Shown here in pieces: positions 50,701 to 59,700 of a stretch of 64,000 bases of DNA. The stretch is from Ostrea edulis (Eukaryota): the NCBI RefSeq assembly GCF_947568905.1, contig NC_079164.1, positions 77,500,001-77,564,000 on the forward strand. The letters run 5' to 3'. The number at the start of each line of letters is the position of its first letter. The first letter of the stretch is position 1. The position numbers and the translations under genes are program-made. The notes beneath the pieces were generated by a model, which worked only from the letters and a program-made list of their open reading frames with translations, did not search any database and was not told the origin of the DNA.

Positions 50701-53700
50701 CTTGCAAATATGATAATATGTTTTACGGCATGACCGTGTTTGAGGGCGAAGCAAAAAAGTTTTGGCATTAGTATATATATCCAAAACAGGACAAAAACAT
50801 CCCGACGTTAGCACGCGGACGGAGCTGTATCAAAGCATCCTAATTTTGGGCATTTGATCCGCCTATATATTGAACGCGGGAAATATAACGCAATTAATGT
50901 AAACAGTACATTGTGACGTCATATTCAGCAAATTTACAATCATAGCGTTTGAACCACAACAAAAAACATGGCGTTAAACGTAGAGTGATTATATATGATT
51001 AAGAAAATAAGATTTACATGCTTTTACGGATTTTATGTAACATCTCAGAACGACGTGAACTAGGGTAGACGAGATTCAAAATGGAGGAATACATGTCCAC
51101 GCGCTAATATTCGAATCGACGCCATTGGTACCAAACTTTTCAAGTTCCATAGGTATGGTTTAATTTTTCATTATTTTCCTATATTTTCCTTTTAAACATG
51201 TATATATGTGTTACCTATAGGGAGAGCTCCGCTCTCACGGCCCTTCGGGCCGTGAGAGGGCTTCGCCCTCTATTATGTTTCCACTTAAGTAAAACATTTC
51301 TTTCGATAGTATTTTGTATTTCCTACATTTACATATTTAAAGAGAGGTTGCTTTTAATACATTTTATCATCTTCCTCACTGTCTGTAGGTCGACTCTGTC
51401 CCCTAACAGGCATTCAAAATTCCACTAAATGCACCTCCTACACCTAAGAGTTCTTATTTCAAAACTGGTGTATTAACACAGCATGGACTATTCCTATGTT
51501 GGCCATAGTTATGATAGCACAGCTTGATTAAGGGCCTAATTAGCAATGAATATTTACTTCCGGTAAGTATCCCAACCATGGGATTAGTTGTTCTGTGTAA
51601 AGATTGGTAGCAATTATTAATTTACGTAATTAAAGCTTGAGAGTTAGACTATAATTATGAAACCTGACACTAATTCTAAGATGTATTTATTGCTGCATCT
51701 GTTTGTCTGGTGACTTACGATAATACACTATGTATTACGAAGCTTTTACCATAAAAGATATTAAAATGCGAATTTTCATAGTCTTTCTTATCTATATGTA
51801 GATTAATTTTACTTTTCTAAACCTGGTCTACAATGGGTAAAAGTTTGCTTTTTCATAAACCTAACATGATATTTTTTACCTGCAAAACCGATAGACTATG
51901 TTTTAAATTTAATCCTTTTGATTATTCGTCGACCGCGGGACAAAGTACACTGCATGCACAAGGTCATACACTGCATGCAAGGCTGACTACTTGCAAAAGC
52001 TGTAAGCTCTGATAAAGATATGCAAGCCCTGACAATGTAAAAGGTTTTTCTGGGGTGTGATTTTTAAAATAAATTACTCTTTAATTTTTAAGCATGAGAA
52101 ATGTAATGAATCCAAGAAGGCACAATTTTCCTTACGTTTGGTGTCTCTGTACTGTAAACATGGACATTTTTTTTTACAGTATACTTGATAATACTTAATA
52201 AGGATTTGTTTGTTAATAATAGGTTTTAATGACAGCACGCTTCATCGAATAAATGGTATTGTACTGTTACTTAACTGGTTTAGCAAGAATTGCAGATATG
52301 CAACATTGTTTATACTTCATATGTATAAGGGGCGAGATCAAGATCAATGTCGGATAAAAATCTAAATTCAAATAGTTAGGGGGAGGGAGGGAGGGAGGAT
52401 AAAATCTCCCATAAGTTTCTGTCATCCGACATCGATTACACTTTAGTTGAAAAAGAAAAAAGACAAGTGACTGTTAAAAACCTCATAATAATATTACATT
52501 TTAATGAACATTTAAATGGTTTTGATGTACACTTTCATTTGTGAATTAACAGTAGAAAAGGTATGCAGAGTGTTATTTATAATCGTATGTTTTTAAATGT
52601 TAATGGATTAGGTTCAACATTCATCATATTTAGTTTTAAAGGGAAGGGGGGGGGGGGGGGGGTCTTGGTGAAAACTGTGAATTTAGTTTTTTGTCAGACA
52701 TTGAACTTTTCATCTCACCCCTAATATGTAATTTTTAAGTGATCACAAACAATTTGGGGAATTCCTCAGAAAAACTCTCCCAGTAGGCTATGCTAGATAT
52801 CTGTAAGGATTATATCAAGGAGAAAAACTTCGACCACATGCGTAGATTATCTCAACTTTGATAAACCACCTTGCTGCTTCGGTTGAAAATTGTCTAATGA
52901 ATGGGTTCGATCTCAGGGAGTACCAGGCGTGACGTAGAGCATACAGAGTAACTCGTACGCTGTAGCAGATAAGTCACGTAGACCCAACATACATAGTGTA
53001 TCTACATTAATACGGACTATTTGATATAAAATCAAATAATCTCGATTGTTTATACTTCATATGTATACTATGTAATTTTTAAGTGATCACAAACAACGAA
53101 AATTAATCCACACGAAATTGTGTTCACTACAAAAACAACAAAAATATTTCCCAATGAAGTTAAATACGTCTACAGTAATTTAATGTAAAATCTTCGTTAC
53201 TGAAAGCTGGAAAATTTAGTGTGACAAAAATTGCAATTAAGAAATAGTAGTTTCATTATCAGTGTAATCTTGATACTCATTAAAATTAAAGTCATCAAAT
53301 ATTTCAGCATGTCCCACGGGGCATCGAAATAGTGTATTAATTTATGCATCTATACAGTCAGCCATTTGAAGCATCCATTTTATGATATGTAGTATTTACA
53401 AATTTTACAATGTGCAATGCGATAGATAGTTATGATATTTAGTATTTACAAATTTTACAATGTGCAATGCGATAGATAGTTATGATATGTAGTATTTACA
53501 AATTTTACAATGTGCGATGCGATAGATATGATATGTAGTATTTACAAATTTTACAATGTGCGATAGATAGTTATGATATGTAGTATTTACAAATTTTACA
53601 ATGTGTGATGCGATAGATAGTTATGATATGTAGTATTTACAAATTTTACAATGTGCGATGCGATAGATAGTTATGATATTTAGTATTTACAAATTTTACA

Positions 53701-56700
53701 ATGTGCAATGCGATAGATAGTTATGATATGTAGTATTTACAAATTTACAATGTGCAATGCGATAGATATGATATGTAGTATTTACAAATTTTACAATGTG
53801 CGATAGATAGTTATGATATGTAGTATTTACAAATTTTACAATGTGCGATGCGATAGATAGTTATGATATTTAGTATTTACAAATTTTACAATGTGCGATG
53901 CGATAGATAGTAATGATATGTAGTATTTACAAATTTTACAATGTGCGATGCGATAGATATGATATGTAGTATTTACAAATTTTACAATGTGCGATGCGAT
54001 AGATAGTTATGATATGTAGTATTTACAAATTTTACAATGTGCGATGCGATAGATAGTAATGATATGTAGTATTTACAAATTTTACAATGTGTGATAGATA
54101 GTTATGATATGTAGTATTTACAAATTTTACAATGTGCAATGCGATAGATAGTACCCACTCAGACAATTTTAACTTCAGATGCCAATTCCAGGATGAGCGT
54201 TCCCTGAATTCTCGAGGCAAGTCAAAATTAAATGTTTTCATTTCTAAAGTTATTACATATGTTATAAATACTTACTCAATAGTGTAATGGATATCCACAG
54301 GAAAATTTCTACCTTCCACACTCAATATGGCAGCAGTGTCTTTGCTGTATTTATAAAGTGAAACATGTTATCAAACTAAAGCATCCAAAGGCAAAATTAC
54401 ATGTCATATGTAAATTGTTTTCTTATACACTTCTTGGAATGTGCGATACTGTACAAAACCACGAGAAAATACTCACTCTGGATTCCCTGATGAGTTGCTA
54501 TTAAAGAAGTCTTTCATTTCCTAAAAAAGTACATCAATAATATACGTCAACACCGATTTTTAACATAAATTCTACAGTAGTACATGCAATTAGTATAGCA
54601 CACTTTCATAAAAATTTCAATTGATTCGAGTTTTACAATTTCAATCCAAAATTACTGTAAAGAAATCAATTAATATTTAAAGGACATATTGCATGTTTCC
54701 AAAGTATACAAAATTACATGCATTTTGTCTTTCTTTACTTATAGTAATTAATTCTAATAGTTAGTTCACCAAAATTTTGCAATAATTAGCCACAACACGG
54801 ATTTAAATCTATAAAGCCCCAATTTCTTAAAGTCTAATTAATTAGTTAGGTAGTCACATGGTACAGTAACGTCACATGCGCCCTTCTTCAATCAACTGAT
54901 TGTGAAAGTAGTGCGAGATATTGATTAAAAACTCAGCTTTTAGGGACCTAATTTATTCATCACGGACAACATTTAAATTGGTGTTGACAAATTTCCCTAG
55001 TCTTATATGTTTTATCCACCAGTGCATACAAATAGCGATGTAAATACCCAAATATAGCAAGGAAAGCAAGTATGAAAGAGGCAATATTGCGAGTAAATAA
55101 TGTTTGAATATGGGTCACTGTCTCCACACTATTTGGTAATGTTATTCCTTTATACATCTGTAATTGGTGCTGTTTTTCAAAAATAAACAGTGCAATTATT
55201 ATTTATTTTTGGATTAGACAAATTATGATATGTTACATTGTTGACAACTAGGCATAGCTACTGCCACGAGTGCATTTTGGAAAGGGAAAAAACAACAACA
55301 CAGAAATCAATAAAAACAATCAAATTTAAAGCGGAAATTAATCACAATATTTTACTTTAATAAAGTAGTCTTATTATTATTTTTGAATTGTGATTTGCAC
55401 ATCGTTAGGAAGTGGGAGCACAGCATTATAGGCCTATTGAAGCACTCAAGATGTTATGAGTTCAATGAGGCATAATTTTATAATTCAATTTAAAGTTAGG
55501 AAATACAATATTTTATTATTTATGATTATAAGTTAAATTATTTTTCATCTTTAATTTTTTTGTAAATCTACCAGTTGGTAGGGAGCATAAGTTACATTGT
55601 ATATGTTGTTACAAAGTGAAGGTCAGTTGATCCGAGTGTGTATTGAATTTGAAAACCAGAACAGAATGTATATGCTGTAGGCCTAGCAGTACTTATAGCT
55701 TCAATATATCCATTTTATCGCAGTTTATCTGGGTCTCTGTCCAAGTGGTTTTTGAAAAAGTACAGGGACAAACATGACTGGGTGTTTTGTTAAAGGTAAA
55801 GTTCTTGCTCCAACAAAAAATTATCCAGGTCTTTTTTCTAATGCCTTCCTTCGAAAAATACTCAGTCTAAATCCTTTCTACTGACAACAATGAACTAGTA
55901 CACCCTTAAACGGCACAAAACACCTTAATGCAATCTTATTTACAAGCCGTCAACGTGAGACTTTTTTTTATAAATTAAATCAAATCTGTTTATGAAATCG
56001 TTAATAAATGTTTTCAAACCCCAGGGAGCAGAGGACATCACACACAATGGTGTGTAAAATAGCGAAAGCAAATATGCATATTGCAAAATTTGAATTTTAT
56101 CACTTTCAAACTCGAAAACTATGCAAATAATTTTCATTAAAAACACATTTAAAGTAGTTTTAGGCATGAAAAGAATTAATTTTGCTGAAAAAATGAAAAG
56201 TTTAGAAACATGCGTTGTGTCCTTTAAGTTTGAATAAGTACACGTATAGCATAGAAATTTTAAAATATCTCTATCACATCCATATTATCCTTTTTTTATA
56301 GACTTAAATGCATTCACAGTCCATTTTAATGTAGTTCTGTACCTCCGCATCCAGTGTGGCTGACGCAACAATCAGCTTGAGATCCTCTCTTTTTTTCTGA
56401 ATCTGCAAGGATATCAAACATGTGATTGAAATATACTAAAACTCAGCAAATGACATCAAGACCCTTCTGATCATGCAACTTTTGTGACTAATAAGTGTTG
56501 GACTTATAATCTAAAAACAAATGATCTCGAACCTTTCGTAGAAGCCCCATTATCAAATCTGTGTTTAGTGATCTTTCATGTGCCTCATCCAACATAACAA
56601 CACTAAAATTGAAAACAAAAATACATTATTACACTGTATGAATAGCTACAGAAACACTGATAAACCACAATGTAAAATCCTTCTATTTACAAGTTTCTCT

Positions 56701-59700
56701 GCTAGCGATTCAGATGTACTACAAACACGCTCTGATATCGCCACCTTAAAATTTTAACAAAAAAAATCTCCAACATATTTTCCAACTACATACATCTGTT
56801 AAGACATATCTTAAGACATTTATCAAAGCCTCATTCAAACTGAAATATCAAAGCTTCAATTGTCAATACAAAAATATTACACCTGAATCCTGCACAGAAA
56901 AAAATGTGCCGTAGATCAAAGGGAAATAACTTGATGCACATCAATAAACACAATAACAAACTTCATCTTGTACACACAAATGCAAAACAACAACAAACTT
57001 CATCCTGCATGCACAAATGCAAGCATATGCTCAATTTGAGAATCAACATGGAATTCAAAAGGGGTGAAAATTGTAAATTCCCATTCTATCATCTATAAAA
57101 ATAGTGCAATGCATCGATCATATAACAACACCATAATGAACAATTCACATAGCAAGTTTACACTTAGCACTCATCGAATGTGAGTAAACATTCATGTGGG
57201 CCTATCAAATTGATAACTCACTCACTAAATATTGAATAAATCATGTGGTGTATTTGCATTCTGTAACAATTTGATCAAGTTCGATGTTAAAAATGCAGAT
57301 ACTGGTTAAGTTTAATGTTCAGACCTGTACTTCTTCAAGAGCGGGTCCTCCATAATTTCTCTAATCATCAAACCATCTGTCAAAAACTGTAAAAGAACAA
57401 GAAATGTTTTAGAAACATATATGCCCCCTGTGTGGTAATATTTATAAGTAGCAATACTGAAAAAATATGGGTTATCTACTAGTGAGGGGCAACCATAATA
57501 CGTCTCTCAAGATACTGAGCAGGTATTTCCAAATAACCAGTCATTTGAGTCACGACCTTTGACCTTGTAACTTGAAAACCAGTGGGGGCCATCTACTCTT
57601 TAGGGGACACCAATGAACCAAGTTTGATGTCAGTCAAGCAAAGGGTTCTTAAGATATTGAATGGACAATATCTTATGCCCAGAGTAGTTTTACCAATGAC
57701 CTTGTGACCTTAAAATCAAGAGGAGTCATCTACTCCTTAGGTAGAACAAGTGTACCAAGTTTTCTGTAAAAAAAAAAAGGGGTTCTCAAGATAATGAGCA
57801 TACAATATCTGACTATGTCCAGTTTGACCCTTTACCTTGTGACCTCAAACTGAAAATAGGACATCTACTTCATAGGAGGAAACAGTATGGAAGTTTGATG
57901 TCTGTCAAGCAAAGGGTTTTCAAGAAATAAGTGGATAATACCTTAGTACATTCTGTTTGACCTTGAGACTTCAGAATCAATTGGGGTCATCTACTCCTTA
58001 GGGTGTACCAGTGTACCAAGTTTAAGGTTTGTATAATATCTCAGCCATTTGAATATGTTCCTGTTTTCGAAACAGACTATTTATATTTTATCCTATGAAC
58101 CTGTAGTTCTGTACTGGAGTATGCAAAACATACTGTAGAATAACTTCTTTTCAATTTTTAAGATTTTAGGAAAACCAGCATAACTGGGGAGGGGGGGGGG
58201 TCAATTTCATGGTTGTGGAGTAGAGGACAATTTCAATATCCATGAATTTGTTTGTACCACAATAATTAGTCATCCACGAGAATCAATAATCCACAATAGA
58301 TTAATCAGGTAAAAAACTTAAGTGATTTTACTTTGTATGTATAACTAAACATAATAATTCACTACTTGGCTTAGGACGAACCACAATTGTTAATAGCAGT
58401 CCAAACGGTTAGAAATACTTGACCGCATAGACCATTCTAAACCAGTGATTGGGAAGGTCATGCGTCCTGCACCATATTCAGGTGAAAATTGGCGCATTAA
58501 ATTATCTAATCCATGCGCCAAAGTGCGCATTCATTATCAATTGTAACTTACGGTTTTTTTTCTCTAGAAGTGAATTGGGTACGACTTTCTTATCATTTTT
58601 ATACTTGCGTTTTTAATTCCTATGTATTCTGATACACCGAATCTCATTGGTTGAACCAATACAAATCAAACTAGATAACCAATAAACTGTTTCCTCTTAC
58701 ACCATGCGCTCGTCTTCTCATGCTTATACTTTAGCGTTTAAGCTTTGAAAGTCCAAGTACAGATATAGAAACGAAAGAAAGTGAAAAAAAAACAACAAAA
58801 AACAAATAATGAAAAAAACAACAAGAGACTGTCTTCAAATACCAATGCCGATAAAAGCAATGATACCGTTGAGAAGGGGACATTGAAACAAAGAAGAAAC
58901 ATTTTCAAGAGCGGTGGAAAAGATTGTGGTCATGGTTCAGATTTTCATTTCAAAACAAAAATGTTCCACTGCACATTTATTTATTGAAAATGGCCATTCA
59001 AAATATGTTGATGGCCCATTAAATCTGAAAATGGCCCATTGAAAACTAACCGTGGGGCCATAGTCCCATAGGCCATTTTGGCCTTCTCAATCACTGCTAA
59101 ACAAAGATGATCCAAGCCTTTTAGATTCTCACAATCTTATATTATCACAACAACCCAATGGGGTTACGACGTGCTTGGGTACTAGTAATTATTGCGATAG
59201 AATGAATGTGTGCCATATTTGTTTGCTGATGATCACAATTCCGACATGTACAATGTACCCATACTCACACCTAATGACTGACACTAAGCAGACAACATAC
59301 TCGTACTTTACTTACTTATCCTCTTCGTCCCCGGTGGGACATAAGGCTTCAACAAGTTGTCTCCATCTACCTCTGTCCTTGGCAATATACTGTGCCTGTC
59401 CCCATGAGTAGCCCATTTCCTCAATTTCTGATGTTACGGTTCTCCTCCAGGTGGTACGTGGTCTGCCTCTTTTCCTCTTTCCAGGTGGTGTCCAGTGTAG
59501 AGCTACTTTGGGAATCCTGTTCTGGGGCATTCTCATTACGTGACCAAGCCATCTCATTCTTCTTTGTTTAATCTCTGTGCTGATGTTCTTGCTTTTGCAC
59601 TTTTGGTGTAGGTTTTTATAACTGATTTTGTTTGGCCAAAAGATTCTGTTTATTTTTCTAAGGCAGCTGTTGTGGAAGGCCTCAATTTTTCTCATATCAC

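Noticed and set aside
52898-52992. Possible small GGGT...ACCC non-autonomous ISL2EU-like element
   Set aside because: TIR match is only 4-5 bp and the AT duplication is missing on the right.
53382-54152. CRISPR-like appearance of regular repeats (also 5055-5300 and 20551-20790)
   Set aside because: Units are head to tail with no unique spacers, no cas genes, and the context is a eukaryotic intron.
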